Positions 37,658 through 47,848 are shown, counted from the first letter of the stretch. The stretch: 64,000 bases of DNA from an uncultured Planctomycetales bacterium (GCA_964489065.1 CAZAXH010000001.1:310358-374357), one strand, 5' to 3'. The notes: generated by a model not told the origin, from the letters alone. Translations and numbers: made by a program.

Positions 37658-40600
37658 TTATGAAGCAGCCTGCTTTCTTTTCATCAACTCTTCCCGCTCC
37701 GCTTTAATTTTCTCCGCCATCTGGAAGGGGACTTCCGAATAAAAATTGGGCTCCATCGAAAACGACGCGCGCCCCTGCGTCAGGGAACGCAGGGCATTCG
37801 CGTAATTAAACATCTCTGACAAGGGGACATCGCAAAGGGCGGTTTTCTGTTTCCCCTGGACCCCCATATTGACGATCCTGGCCCGCCGGCTGTTTAAATC
37901 TCCAATGACCGCGCCAATAAATTCTTCCGGGACCGAACATTCCAGCTTCATAACCGGCTCGAGAAAAATCGATTTCCCGCGGCGCAGCCCTTCTTTCAAC
38001 GCGGTTTTGGCGGCCAGCTGAAAGGCGATGTCGCTGGAGTCTACCTCATGGAAGGACCCGTCAACCAAAGTGACCGTAAAATCCGTCACCGGGTAACCGG
38101 CCAGAATGCCGCTGGCTGCCCCCGCCCGGATGCCTTTCTCAATGGAAGGAATATATTCCCGGGGAATCACGCCGCCTTTAATTTTGTCAACAAACTTAAT
38201 GCCGTCCCCGGGCTTCTCACTGGGTGCAATATCAATCACGCAGTGTCCGTACTGCCCCCGGCCGCCGGTCTGGGAAATAAATTTCCCTTCCACATGGTCC
38301 GCTCTTTCCTTAATAGTTTCACGGTAGGCCACCTGGGGCCGCCCGATATTGGTTTCCAAATTATGCTCGCGTTTCATCCGGTCAATGATAATTTCCAAAT
38401 GCAGTTCCCCCATCCCGGACAACAGGGTCTGGCCGGTTTCATGGTCATAAGACACCCGCAGGGAAGGATCCTCATCCAGGAACTTCTTTAAAATAAACCC
38501 CATTTTGTCCTGGTCCGCCTTGGTCTGCGGTTCAATCGCCATAGAAATAACCGGCTCCGGAGCCTGGATGCTTTCCAATAGAATCGGATTGTCTTCGTCA
38601 CAAATCGTATTCCCGGATTTGGCTTCTTTCAAGCCGACCAGGGCGACGATCTCGCCGGCGCCCGCGCGGGATATGATTTCCTGTTTGTTGGCATGCATCA
38701 TCACGATTTTAGCCACCCGTTCCCTTTTCTCAAGGGAAGAATTGTAGATCGTCTTCCCCGATTCGATGACGCCGGAATAAACCCGCGTGTAAAACAATTT
38801 ACCCACATAAGGATCCGAGGCGATTTTAAAAATCAGGGCGCTCAAAGGCTCTTGCACGGACGGATGCCGCTGAACGGGGTCCCCGGTCCTAGGATGCGTT
38901 CCGGCCACCGGGGGTACATCAAGGGGAGAGGGGAGGTAATCAACGATCGCGTCCAAAACTTTCTGCACGCCGCGGTTTCGCAAAGCGGTCCCCACCAGGG
39001 CCGGGAAAAAGGCGTTTTTCACAACGCCCCGCCGGATGGCCGGGATGATGTCTTCCGCTGGGATATCCTGCTCCGACAGCAGCTTTTCCATAATAATATC
39101 GTCGCATGTGGACAGTCTTTCCAGAAGAGTCCGGCGGACCTCCTTCGCTTTTTCCTGCAATGCGGACGGGATGTCCTGCTCTTCAAATTTCATGCCTTCC
39201 TCATCTAAATAATGGATATATTTCATGCGGACCACATCCACAATGCCTTTAAACTGATCCTCTGCCCCGTCCGGAAGCTGAACAGCGGCCACGTTGGCTC
39301 CGATACGGTCCTCAATCTGCTGCAGAACACGGAAAAAATCCGCCCCCATACGGTCAATCTTATTAATAAAGAAAATCCTCGGCACATGGTACCGGTCCGC
39401 CTGCCGCCAGACGGTTTCGGTCTGAGACTGAACCCCGCTCGTGGCGCAAAGCACGACCACCGCCCCATCCAGGACCTTCAGCGACCGCTCGACTTCCACG
39501 GTAAAATCCACGTGTCCCGGAGTATCAATAACATTAATTTTCTTCCCCTTCCAGAAACAGGTCGTGTTAGCTGCCGTAATCGTGATCCCTCTCTCCTGTT
39601 CCTGTTCCATCCAATCCATCGTCGCGTTGCCTTCGTCGACCGTCCCCATCTTGTGAATAACGCCGGTATAATAAAGCACCCGTTCGGTCGTCGTGGTCTT
39701 GCCGGCGTCAATATGGGCGATAATCCCGATATTCCGTACTTCAGCGAGATCCTCATCCCCACCCGAGCTGACGGCGGCCGGTTCGCCTTCAGCCAGCGTT
39801 TCCTGCCCGGCAGGCTGCCCGTCACCTGTGGGCTCCTGGAGGCTAGCCGCGGCCGGCCCTGCCACCTCAGCGGCAAATTCCGGTTCCTGAAGGACCTCAA
39901 CCGGGGGCACTAATAATTCCTCCTCCCACATCCGGATATCCACGCCAAGCTGTTTCCGGACAAATAAAATTGCATCCTCACCTTTCTCCTTAATACGCGC
40001 TATGAGATTCAAGAGCTTCTCGCTTTTGTCCGCCGCCAGCTTCTTTCTCTCCCGGATCTTCTCTTCCACCTCCGCGGCTTTTTTTTGTGCCGTCTGCACG
40101 TCCAACCGACAGTCTTTGATTCCGGTCTCGGCGTCACGAAAAGCTCTTTCCCTCTGTTTAATTTTCTCTTCCAAAAGATTCACCCGTTCCGAACACTCCC
40201 GGGCCTCCTGTTCCTTTTTTTGGAGACTATCCTGAAGAGCCAGCCGCTCTTCTTTGGCCCGGCTGATCCCTTCATTCAAATGGTTGCGAATATGGTCAAA
40301 TTCCTGAATATAACGGCGTTCGCCGCGCAACGCCGCGCTGGTATTCTTAATGATCCTTTTCTTGTCCGTTATCAACGCCTTCAAATGATGATGCTGCTCG
40401 GTACACTCGCGCAATTTCCGCTCCAAATCATCATGCAGAATCGATAATTCCAGGGCCCGGTTAATGTCCTCCGTGGCCACGCCCTCATATTCAGACAACA
40501 CGTCCGCCTCCCCCTGAGAAGGGGCGCCTTTCCCTGATTTTACAGACGCCTCTTCCGTGCGGATTCCCACCCGGGTCAACAATTCGGACGTCGTAACCGG

Positions 40601-40726
40601 CTGATTGTAAACCGGCGCTGCGCGTTTGCGGATAAACTGTTCGACCTTTTTCTCTTTCCACATGAACCAGGCGATCGTTCCCAGTCCAACAACAATGCAC
40701 ATTGTTCCTATAAAAAAAATAATCAT
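37658..40726 (-). CDS. EF-G-like translational GTPase fused to an N-terminal transmembrane helix and ~300-aa coiled-coil region
   Basis: 1022-aa uninterrupted ORF from an ATG. Residues 1-23 are hydrophobic ([23 protein letters not shown]). Residues ~90-270 are E/K/R/L-rich heptad-like coiled coil, followed by an acidic Pro/Ala linker. From residue ~325 on there is a complete EF-G: the G domain [22 protein letters not shown] / DTPGHVDF / NKIDR, domains II-V, and the domain IV loop [10 protein letters not shown]. Codon usage in the extension is genome-typical. Confidence 0.8.
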   Translation of the reverse strand: MIIFFIGTMCIVVGLGTIAWFMWKEKKVEQFIRKRAAPVYNQPVTTSELLTRVGIRTEEASVKSGKGAPSQGEADVLSEYEGVATEDINRALELSILHDDLERKLRECTEQHHHLKALITDKKRIIKNTSAALRGERRYIQEFDHIRNHLNEGISRAKEERLALQDSLQKKEQEARECSERVNLLEEKIKQRERAFRDAETGIKDCRLDVQTAQKKAAEVEEKIRERKKLAADKSEKLLNLIARIKEKGEDAILFVRKQLGVDIRMWEEELLVPPVEVLQEPEFAAEVAGPAAASLQEPTGDGQPAGQETLAEGEPAAVSSGGDEDLAEVRNIGIIAHIDAGKTTTTERVLYYTGVIHKMGTVDEGNATMDWMEQEQERGITITAANTTCFWKGKKINVIDTPGHVDFTVEVERSLKVLDGAVVVLCATSGVQSQTETVWRQADRYHVPRIFFINKIDRMGADFFRVLQQIEDRIGANVAAVQLPDGAEDQFKGIVDVVRMKYIHYLDEEGMKFEEQDIPSALQEKAKEVRRTLLERLSTCDDIIMEKLLSEQDIPAEDIIPAIRRGVVKNAFFPALVGTALRNRGVQKVLDAIVDYLPSPLDVPPVAGTHPRTGDPVQRHPSVQEPLSALIFKIASDPYVGKLFYTRVYSGVIESGKTIYNSSLEKRERVAKIVMMHANKQEIISRAGAGEIVALVGLKEAKSGNTICDEDNPILLESIQAPEPVISMAIEPQTKADQDKMGFILKKFLDEDPSLRVSYDHETGQTLLSGMGELHLEIIIDRMKREHNLETNIGRPQVAYRETIKERADHVEGKFISQTGGRGQYGHCVIDIAPSEKPGDGIKFVDKIKGGVIPREYIPSIEKGIRAGAASGILAGYPVTDFTVTLVDGSFHEVDSSDIAFQLAAKTALKEGLRRGKSIFLEPVMKLECSVPEEFIGAVIGDLNSRRARIVNMGVQGKQKTALCDVPLSEMFNYANALRSLTQGRASFSMEPNFYSEVPFQMAEKIKAEREELMKRKQAAS

Positions 40727-40755
40727 AATAAAAAAATTTATTGGTTATCAAAAAT

Positions 40756-40915
40756 GGAACCCATGCCCATGGGCGTGATACTTACGAACACTTCGCTTCA
40801 TGGAATGATTTGACGTCTTAATATGCGTGCGGACATCCCCAAAGCAGAAGCCCCCTTGTTAACCTTTCGCTTTTATCCACGGGCATGCCCGTGGTCTTAA
40901 AGGCGGATAAAAATA
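40756..40915. repeat. Copy X of the ~150-nt palindromic element family, upstream of the EF-G fusion gene
   Basis: Contains GCCCATGGGC (40765-40774) and the perfect 18-bp palindrome CCACGGGCATGCCCGTGG (40877-40894), together with the blocks shared with Y and Z. It lies 30-190 nt upstream of the 40726 start codon. Confidence 0.6.
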
Positions 40916-40964
40916 AAAGAGGTGGTTTCTGGAAGAAACAAGCCGGCCTGACGAAACCGGGCCG

Positions 40965-41888
40965 TTAAAACCGCGTTCCCAATTCAAGCCGATGCCCCCG
41001 GATAAAATCTTGCGCCCACATGGCTTTGCCTGAGGCCCAATGGATCTTTTTCACACAAAGGCCCTGATCCCCGGTCTGAACAACAAAGCCGGAAGGGACG
41101 AACCGAACAACAGTTCCCGGACAGCCCTCACAGCTAGAGACAACTTCCGTTTCCAAAATTTTTAACAACCGCCCTTGATAATAAGTATACGCTGACGGCC
41201 AGGGCTGCAGGCCGCGCACCAGGTTATGGATGTGTTGCGCGGAGTGGTGCCATTCTATCTTCCCGAGCCCCTTTGTCAACTTTGGAGCAAAAGACACTTT
41301 CTTATTGTCCTGCGGGACGCATTGCGCCCGGCCGGACTGCACCGCTTGAATCGTGTCACTAAGCAAATCCGCACCCAGGCAAGCCAGCTTCCCCCGCAAA
41401 CTCACGGCGGTATCCGTGTGTTCTATGCCCAAACTGATCTGGGACAAAACGTCGCCGGCGTCCACGCGGGGACTCAGCTTAATAACCGTGACCCCGGTCT
41501 CCCGTTCCCCATTAATAATCGCCCAGTTGATCGGAGCCGCTCCCCGGTATTTCGGCAAAAGTGAGGCATGGACATTCACGGAAAAAAGCCGGGGGACGGA
41601 CAAAAGCGGCTTCGGCAGGACTTTGCCATAAGCGATCACGACAAAAAGATCGCTCTGGAAGCCCTGCAGCTCCCGGAGAAAAAGTTCGTCCTCAAGGGCC
41701 TCCGGCTGAAAGACCGGAATTCGATACTCCAGGGCGCACTCTTTTACCGGCGGGAAACAAGTTTTCAGCCCGCGCCCCTTCTCTTTATCCGGAGGGGCGA
41801 CGCACGCCATCACCCGGTGCCCGGATTTTATCAAGGCCCGCAAATTCGTGACGGCGAAATCATCGCTGCCGAAAAAAATAATTTTCAT
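40965..41888 (-). CDS. fmt: methionyl-tRNA formyltransferase
   Basis: MKIIFFGSDDFAV..., the formyltransferase core and a C-terminal domain. The start was set at the ATG at 41888, which has a GAAGGA SD. Confidence 0.85.
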   Translation of the reverse strand: MKIIFFGSDDFAVTNLRALIKSGHRVMACVAPPDKEKGRGLKTCFPPVKECALEYRIPVFQPEALEDELFLRELQGFQSDLFVVIAYGKVLPKPLLSVPRLFSVNVHASLLPKYRGAAPINWAIINGERETGVTVIKLSPRVDAGDVLSQISLGIEHTDTAVSLRGKLACLGADLLSDTIQAVQSGRAQCVPQDNKKVSFAPKLTKGLGKIEWHHSAQHIHNLVRGLQPWPSAYTYYQGRLLKILETEVVSSCEGCPGTVVRFVPSGFVVQTGDQGLCVKKIHWASGKAMWAQDFIRGHRLELGTRF

Positions 41889-41956
41889 ACGTCCTTCTTT
41901 CAAAGACATAGGGACAACCCTTCCTTAAACCCAAAAACTTCAAATCCTCCGCCCCC

Positions 41957-43813
41957 TTAAGGATCGACCTGCACTGTCATGATCAAACGGCTGCGCCTTT
42001 TTAAGGATCTCTGGACATCCCTGATCAAAGCGTGCGTCCTCTCCAAAGATAAAGTTTTGAGCATTATCATAAAACGGTATTGATCCCGCAACTTGGGACG
42101 GAAATCCGGCTGGGGCGCCAGGACCTCAAGACCGGGTTCCTGCCTGGCCAGCAGTTCTTCATACAGGAGCTGAATATGCTCCCGCACGGATTCCTCTTTT
42201 ACCCCCCGCAACGTCACCTCCAGCAAATGCCGGAAGGGAGGCAGACCAGACTCCTGCCGGAGTTTTAATTCCTTATTATAAAACGCTTGTGAATCGCCCG
42301 CCTTAACCGCCGCGAGGATATAATTATCCGGCTGATGCGTCTGGACGATAAGCCGGTCTTCCGCGGATTTCCGCAATCGTGTCAACAGGCCGAACGCCTG
42401 CTGGCCGCAGCGGAAGTCCGGGTGGCTCAACTCCGCGTCAAAATCAAGAACGACAACGGTGTGAAAAATCAGATCGTCCAGATAACGCCAGACAGCCTGG
42501 GTGGCGACAACAATATCGCCGCTTTGGGGAATCCGGCTGGTGTCTTTGTCCACCCGCACGACCCGGGCTTCCGGGAATATTCTGGCGCATTCACTCTCGA
42601 GCTTCTCCAGGCCGATGCCCCAAGACCGCAAATATTTTCCCCCGCAATACGGACAGACGTCCGGCAGAGGCGCTGTCCAGCCGCATAACGGGCAAACCAT
42701 ACTCTTGCGCTCAAAAAGATATGGTACAACAATGTCGCACCGCTGGCAACGAAAAGCCTCTCCGCAAGCGGAGCACCGGGTCACGGTGTTAAACCCCCGG
42801 CGGTTGAAATAAAGCAACAGACGCCCTTTCTGTTTCAGGACCTCCTGAATGCGGGTCTGCACCGGGTAGGACAAAACCGTTCTGCGCTGCGGCCGGTAAT
42901 TGGATAAATCAATAGCCTGCACCTGAGCTGAAAAATCCGGCATAAGAGACAGTGTTTCGAAGTTCCGCTGGCGCGCCTCATGCATCAATTCCGCGGAAGG
43001 CGAAAAAGAAATAAAAACAATCTGCACCCCTTCTATTCCGGCCCGCATCATAACGATATCACGAACGTGATAAAAAGGGCTCTGCTCCTGTTTGAAAGAA
43101 CGGTTGTCATCCTCGATAACCACGATAAGCCCCAAATGCTGAACAGGAGCAAAAACAGCTGACCGCGTTCCGACCACAATTTTTTTTTCTCCGCTTCTGA
43201 TCCCGGACCAGGCTTCCAATTCCTTTTTGGCAGAAAGGCGCCGGTCCAGCAATATGATATCGGGCCCAAAATCTTTCTCCAGCCGGAGTTTAATTCTTTG
43301 CGCCTGCAATACTTCCGGGGCCAGAACCAGAACACCCCGTCCTTCCTTCAGGAACGGCCCGATCCGGTCACAGAGCCAGGCCCAGCCGCGCTCATCCAAA
43401 AAGGCCTGACACACAACAGACTGTTCTTCTTTCTCAAAAAAAACAGAGTCCGGGACTGCCGGCAAAGCCCCTCCGCCATCCCAACAGGCCTTTTTCCGTA
43501 AGGCAGCCGGCAGGATCGATTCTATCGCTTCCCCCAGGGAACAGCCATAGAAACGGGAGAAAGCCCTGGCCAGGGTCAGGGCTTTCTGGTCCAAGGACGG
43601 GATGGCATCAAGAAGCCGGCTGATCGGTTTTAAAGCTCTTGACACGCCGTGCGTTTTAAACCCCACCACAAAACCCACAAGCGAGCGGCGGCCGAAGGGG
43701 ACAAAAACCCTCTGCCCTTCCGCAATGTTCTCCGCCATATCCGGGCTGACCGCATAATCAAAAGGCCCTTCCACCGGAAGAGGGACGACAATTTCGGCAA
43801 CAGTTCGCTTCAT
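41957..43813 (-). CDS. priA: primosomal protein N' (PriA) homolog with degenerate Walker A/DExH motifs
   Basis: The N-terminal 3'-DNA-binding region, a Cys-rich Zn-binding insert (CSACGEAFRCQRCD...CPLCGW...CPYCGG) and the C-terminal domain are all present. Where E. coli PriA has GVTGSGKTE, this protein has FLDERGWAW. IDEEHD is replaced by IEDDNR. Confidence 0.75.
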   Translation of the reverse strand: MKRTVAEIVVPLPVEGPFDYAVSPDMAENIAEGQRVFVPFGRRSLVGFVVGFKTHGVSRALKPISRLLDAIPSLDQKALTLARAFSRFYGCSLGEAIESILPAALRKKACWDGGGALPAVPDSVFFEKEEQSVVCQAFLDERGWAWLCDRIGPFLKEGRGVLVLAPEVLQAQRIKLRLEKDFGPDIILLDRRLSAKKELEAWSGIRSGEKKIVVGTRSAVFAPVQHLGLIVVIEDDNRSFKQEQSPFYHVRDIVMMRAGIEGVQIVFISFSPSAELMHEARQRNFETLSLMPDFSAQVQAIDLSNYRPQRRTVLSYPVQTRIQEVLKQKGRLLLYFNRRGFNTVTRCSACGEAFRCQRCDIVVPYLFERKSMVCPLCGWTAPLPDVCPYCGGKYLRSWGIGLEKLESECARIFPEARVVRVDKDTSRIPQSGDIVVATQAVWRYLDDLIFHTVVVLDFDAELSHPDFRCGQQAFGLLTRLRKSAEDRLIVQTHQPDNYILAAVKAGDSQAFYNKELKLRQESGLPPFRHLLEVTLRGVKEESVREHIQLLYEELLARQEPGLEVLAPQPDFRPKLRDQYRFMIMLKTLSLERTHALIRDVQRSLKRRSRLIMTVQVDP

Positions 43814-43946
43814 AACTTTCCTGAGTTAAAAACACCCATGATACCCGTATAAATACCGTTATAATACAACAAGGCGTTTATTCTTGCGGCTATCAGAAAC
43901 AGGGCTGATTCCTAATAGAGCAAAATTCAAAAAGCCTTTTTGTATT

Positions 43947-45029
43947 TTATTCTTGCAAAAGATGAATAATGTCTTTAACCGCCCCTGGCCTCGCCAGCAA
44001 CTGAACCCGGGCCTTAGCGGCGTCCAATGTTTGGGGGGCGTTTTTGAATCCACGGAGGGTTTGCGCAATCTGATCAACAGTCACACAGAGCCGGCCGACC
44101 CCGTAAGTATCCAGAACCTTAATGTTATTGATTTCCTGCCCCGGGATTGCGTTGAAAAAAACGAGTGGCAGGCCAGTGACCAAGGCCTCTGAAATCGACA
44201 ACCCTCCCGGTTTGGTCACCATAACATCCGAGACCGCCATCAACTCATCCATATTGTCAACCAGCCCGCACACTTTGACAAGCGTTTTCCTCTGCTGGCT
44301 TAATTTCTGATAAAGGGCTTTATTATGGCCGCAGACAACAATAAGTTGAAATCCGGACAATTGTTCAATGGTTTCTTCAATAGGTCCTATCCCGAATGAG
44401 CCCGTAGCGACCAAAACCGTCATCACCCCGGGCTGCAAAGCCAGCCGCGCCTTGAGCGCGTCAATGTCTTTGGGCTGAGAAAATTTTTCTGCCGTCGGGA
44501 TACCCGTCACCGCGATCAATGCGTCCGGGACACCCAACCGCAGCATTTTCCGTTTGGTCCAGTCTGACGCGACCGTGTAACAATCCACCCCCTCGCTGAT
44601 CCAAATCGAGTGGACATCATAATCGGTCACGGTGCAAACAATATTGGACGAAATCTTCCCCTTCCGTTTTAAATAACTCGCCACCTCAGAGGGAAAAAAA
44701 TGCGTAGAAAAAACACAATCAAACTGTTCCTGGATAAGAAACCTGGCCAGTGGCCGGGCATGAATCGTGTTTTGAAGACGCCGGAGAAAGCGGACCAAAG
44801 GCAAAAAAGCCGGGATGTCCAATAGGGAAAACAATATTCCCCAAAGCCAGGGAACCCGGCTGATCAAAAAGGTGTATGCCTGAATATAAATACGCTTATA
44901 AAAACGGCTTGTATAATCCAAGGCATCAACCGTGTGAACCTGGTGAGACGAAGAAAGCCCCTGGGAAATGGCTTCTGCGGCTTTTCGATGCCCCGCGCCG
45001 GCCGTAGCATAGATCACCAAAATTTTCAT
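43947..45029 (-). CDS. GT28-family glycosyltransferase (MGDG-synthase/UgtP-like diacylglycerol glycosyltransferase)
   Basis: MKILVIYATAGAGHRKAAEAI matches the MGDG_synth N-terminal signature, and a GT28 C-terminal domain is present. Confidence 0.7.
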   Translation of the reverse strand: MKILVIYATAGAGHRKAAEAISQGLSSSHQVHTVDALDYTSRFYKRIYIQAYTFLISRVPWLWGILFSLLDIPAFLPLVRFLRRLQNTIHARPLARFLIQEQFDCVFSTHFFPSEVASYLKRKGKISSNIVCTVTDYDVHSIWISEGVDCYTVASDWTKRKMLRLGVPDALIAVTGIPTAEKFSQPKDIDALKARLALQPGVMTVLVATGSFGIGPIEETIEQLSGFQLIVVCGHNKALYQKLSQQRKTLVKVCGLVDNMDELMAVSDVMVTKPGGLSISEALVTGLPLVFFNAIPGQEINNIKVLDTYGVGRLCVTVDQIAQTLRGFKNAPQTLDAAKARVQLLARPGAVKDIIHLLQE

Positions 45030-45068
45030 ACGTTATGGGTACGCCTTATTGATAACACGGGAAAGAGA

Positions 45069-45704
45069 TTATTTCCTTTTTGCTGTCGCCGGATTTTTGG
45101 GAGGTTGGGAAGCCGTCTGCGCCGGTTTCTGAAAACCGTTTTGAGCACAAATGATTTTAGCCGCGTCGTAAAGATCTTTGACAATATAATCCGGCTTAAC
45201 GATCCAGCCATTCATATAGCGCCGGTTCTCCCGCCCGGAAAGCACAAAAATCGTTTTACATCCGGCATTATATCCGGTTTCAATATCCTGTTTGGTGTCT
45301 CCGACAAAATATGTTTTTCGGGCGGAGTCCAGCGTCTTATCGACCGATTTCAGGGCGCGGCGGACCGACCCGATATCGGGCTTACGGCAGCTGCATCCCG
45401 CATCTGGGCGGTGCGTGCAATAATAAACTTTTTTGATCCTGGCGCCCGCATTTTCCACCCCGTTTATCATTTTGCGAGTGATCCTGTTTAACTTATCCTG
45501 GGAAAAAATCCCCCGGCCAACCCCGGCCTGATTCGAAACCACAAAAATAGTGTATCCTGCGTCCGAGAGCATTTTCATCGCATCCAGAGACCGGGGCAAA
45601 AAATGAAAGTCCTTAACCTTGGTCACATATTTCCCGTGCCCCGGGAAGACATTAATAACTCCATCGCGATCCAAAAACACAATCTTTAGTTCTTGTTCAG
45701 ACAC
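45069..45704 (-). CDS. gmhB: D-glycero-D-manno-heptose 1,7-bisphosphate phosphatase (HAD-IIIA family)
   Basis: The HAD motifs are FLDRDGVIN, VVSNQAGVGRG and GDTKQD. The protein has a basic C-terminal tail, and the apparent start is a GTG. Confidence 0.65.
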   Translation of the reverse strand: MSEQELKIVFLDRDGVINVFPGHGKYVTKVKDFHFLPRSLDAMKMLSDAGYTIFVVSNQAGVGRGIFSQDKLNRITRKMINGVENAGARIKKVYYCTHRPDAGCSCRKPDIGSVRRALKSVDKTLDSARKTYFVGDTKQDIETGYNAGCKTIFVLSGRENRRYMNGWIVKPDYIVKDLYDAAKIICAQNGFQKPAQTASQPPKNPATAKRK

Positions 45705-45729
45705 TGCTATCCTTCCCTTTCAGTCAAAA

Positions 45730-46500
45730 CTATCGTGGCTCTGTTTCGCTTCTCTTGATTTGCCAGTATTTGGCATAACTCATCAACTGATATAACGCCG
45801 CAAAATAAGCCACCATAAACCCCATAAATCCGTCTTTATACCCTCTTTTCCGGAAATACGATCGCATAAAACGATCCACCGTACGGCGAACCGCCCGGCC
45901 CAAAGGCATATTAACCTCTGTGCGAACCCACTTTCGGGCTTCTAACGTAGTCTGGCGGTTCAAACTGGCTAAAAAATGCTCAAAATCAGGATATCCCCGA
46001 TGAATAATCGCCTCTTTCAGTTCTCCAACCGGTCCATCGACATAAGCCCGGGGATGAACCTCCGCCTCTTCGTAACGAAAAAATTTCTTATTAAAAAGCC
46101 GGATTTTACTGGCCGGATACCAGCCGGCGTACCGCACCCAATAATCTCCGATATAAGTTTTGATCGGAATAGCCCAGGCTTTTATGGCTCCGGCTCTATA
46201 CAGCCCTGAGCAAAGTTCGGCCCGCAACTCTACAGAAACCTGCTCATCGGCATCCAGGCTCAAAACCCAATCATGTTGAGCCAAGGCATAGGCCCAATTT
46301 CGATGCCGCCCTTCGTTAAGCATGGTCTGCGTATAAACCCGGCTTGTATATCGCTTTACAACATCAATCGTGTGGTCAGAACTGTTATCATCCACCACAA
46401 GAATCTCGTCAGTCCAGCCAAAAATACTCTCACAACAGGCGCCGATGACGGTTTCCTCATTCTTGGCAAGAATTACAACTGTTAACGGAATTTTGGCCAT
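45730..46500 (-). CDS. glycosyltransferase family 2
   Basis: VVILAKNEE...VVDDNSSD...DADE has the GT2 DXD-type motifs. Confidence 0.75.
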   Translation of the reverse strand: MAKIPLTVVILAKNEETVIGACCESIFGWTDEILVVDDNSSDHTIDVVKRYTSRVYTQTMLNEGRHRNWAYALAQHDWVLSLDADEQVSVELRAELCSGLYRAGAIKAWAIPIKTYIGDYWVRYAGWYPASKIRLFNKKFFRYEEAEVHPRAYVDGPVGELKEAIIHRGYPDFEHFLASLNRQTTLEARKWVRTEVNMPLGRAVRRTVDRFMRSYFRKRGYKDGFMGFMVAYFAALYQLMSYAKYWQIKRSETEPR

Positions 46501-46741
46501 TTTGACAAAATCACTGTATAAGTATACAAAACGGCAAGATGAGAATCAATGCAAATAGCGTTTTTTTTAATGCGGGAAAAATAAGCAAAAGAAACCGGCC
46601 TGGCAGGCAGGAATCAATCATTACACCTTTATTAAACAGCTCTTCTGCAAAAAAATAAATAAAAAAATAGAATACGCCAGAAATACTGATTGCCTAAAAT
46701 AAAATGAGACAACAATCTCTCAATTTAATCGCAACAATCTT

Positions 46742-47848
46742 TTATCCCGCCATCACGTTCTTCAAAGACTGGCAGACATATTCGACCTGTTCTTCTGACA
46801 TGTGAGGGAACATCGGAAGAGACAAAATCTCATTGGCCACGCATTCGGCGACAGGGAAATCACCTTTTTGATAACCGGCATCCTCATACGCTTCCTGCAG
46901 ATGAACCGGTATCGGATAATGGATCAAAACCCCAACACCCTTTTTCTTCAGCTCTTCCAAAACTGCGTCACGGTTTTTAACTCTGACGGCGAAAGTTTGG
47001 AATATATGCGTCCGGTCCGGCAGGGTCTGCGGCAGCACCACCCCGGGGACATCCCTCAGGCGGTCCCGATACCAATCCGCGACCGTACGGCGCCTCTGGT
47101 TCCATTCATCCAAAAATTTAAGTTTAGCGGCCAGGACAACAGCCTGTACCGTATCCAAACGGGAGTTATACCCCTTAATTTTATGCTCATACCGGCCTTC
47201 CCGGCCGTAATCCCGCAACATAAGAAGCTCCTTATAGCAGGTTTCGTTGTCCGTCACCACCATGCCTCCGTCTCCGAAAGCGCCAAGGCTTTTGGTCGGA
47301 TAAAAACTAAAACAAGCCAAATCAGCCAGCGCCCCTACCTTCTGTCCTTTATAAACAGCGCCGTGGGCCTGGGCCGCGTCCTCCACGACCGTAATGCCGT
47401 GCGTCCGGGCCACGGCTTTGATTTCATCCATGTCAGCGGCTTGTCCATAAAGATGCACGGGGATGACAGCTTTGGTTCTTTTTGTGATCGCTTTCTGCAA
47501 AGACGCGCTGCTCATGTTATAAGTCGTTTCGTCAATATCAACAAAAACAGGCGTCGCCCCGGCATAAGAAACGCATAAAGCCGTCGCGATAAACGTATGC
47601 GTGGGAAGGATAACCTCATCGCCTCCCCCGATATCCAGGGAAGCCAAAGCGAAGAACAGCGCATCGGTGCCGGAATTCACCCCGACCGCGTACCGCACTC
47701 CGCAGTATCGGGCAAAATCCTCCTCGAACTGTTTTTCTTCCTGCCCCAGAATAAAGTTCCCTTTCCGGAATACGGCCTCAAGATTCACATCGATCTCGTC
47801 CTGAATCGCTTCATACTGCCCGGAAAAATCGATAAATGGCACATTCAT
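46742..47848 (-). CDS. DegT/DnrJ/EryC1/StrS-family sugar aminotransferase (PLP-dependent)
   Basis: MNVPFIDFSGQYEAIQDEID... and a conserved YPTKSLG-like Lys region. The start is the ATG at 47848, which has an AAAGGTGGA SD. Confidence 0.8.
   Translation of the reverse strand: MNVPFIDFSGQYEAIQDEIDVNLEAVFRKGNFILGQEEKQFEEDFARYCGVRYAVGVNSGTDALFFALASLDIGGGDEVILPTHTFIATALCVSYAGATPVFVDIDETTYNMSSASLQKAITKRTKAVIPVHLYGQAADMDEIKAVARTHGITVVEDAAQAHGAVYKGQKVGALADLACFSFYPTKSLGAFGDGGMVVTDNETCYKELLMLRDYGREGRYEHKIKGYNSRLDTVQAVVLAAKLKFLDEWNQRRRTVADWYRDRLRDVPGVVLPQTLPDRTHIFQTFAVRVKNRDAVLEELKKKGVGVLIHYPIPVHLQEAYEDAGYQKGDFPVAECVANEILSLPMFPHMSEEQVEYVCQSLKNVMAG

Noticed and set aside
40823-40900. 24-codon ORF (MRADIPKAEAPLLTFRFYPRACPWS) inside element copy X as a conserved micro-protein
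   Set aside because: Copies Y and Z have indels that shift the frame. Only the DNA sequence is conserved, not the reading frame.
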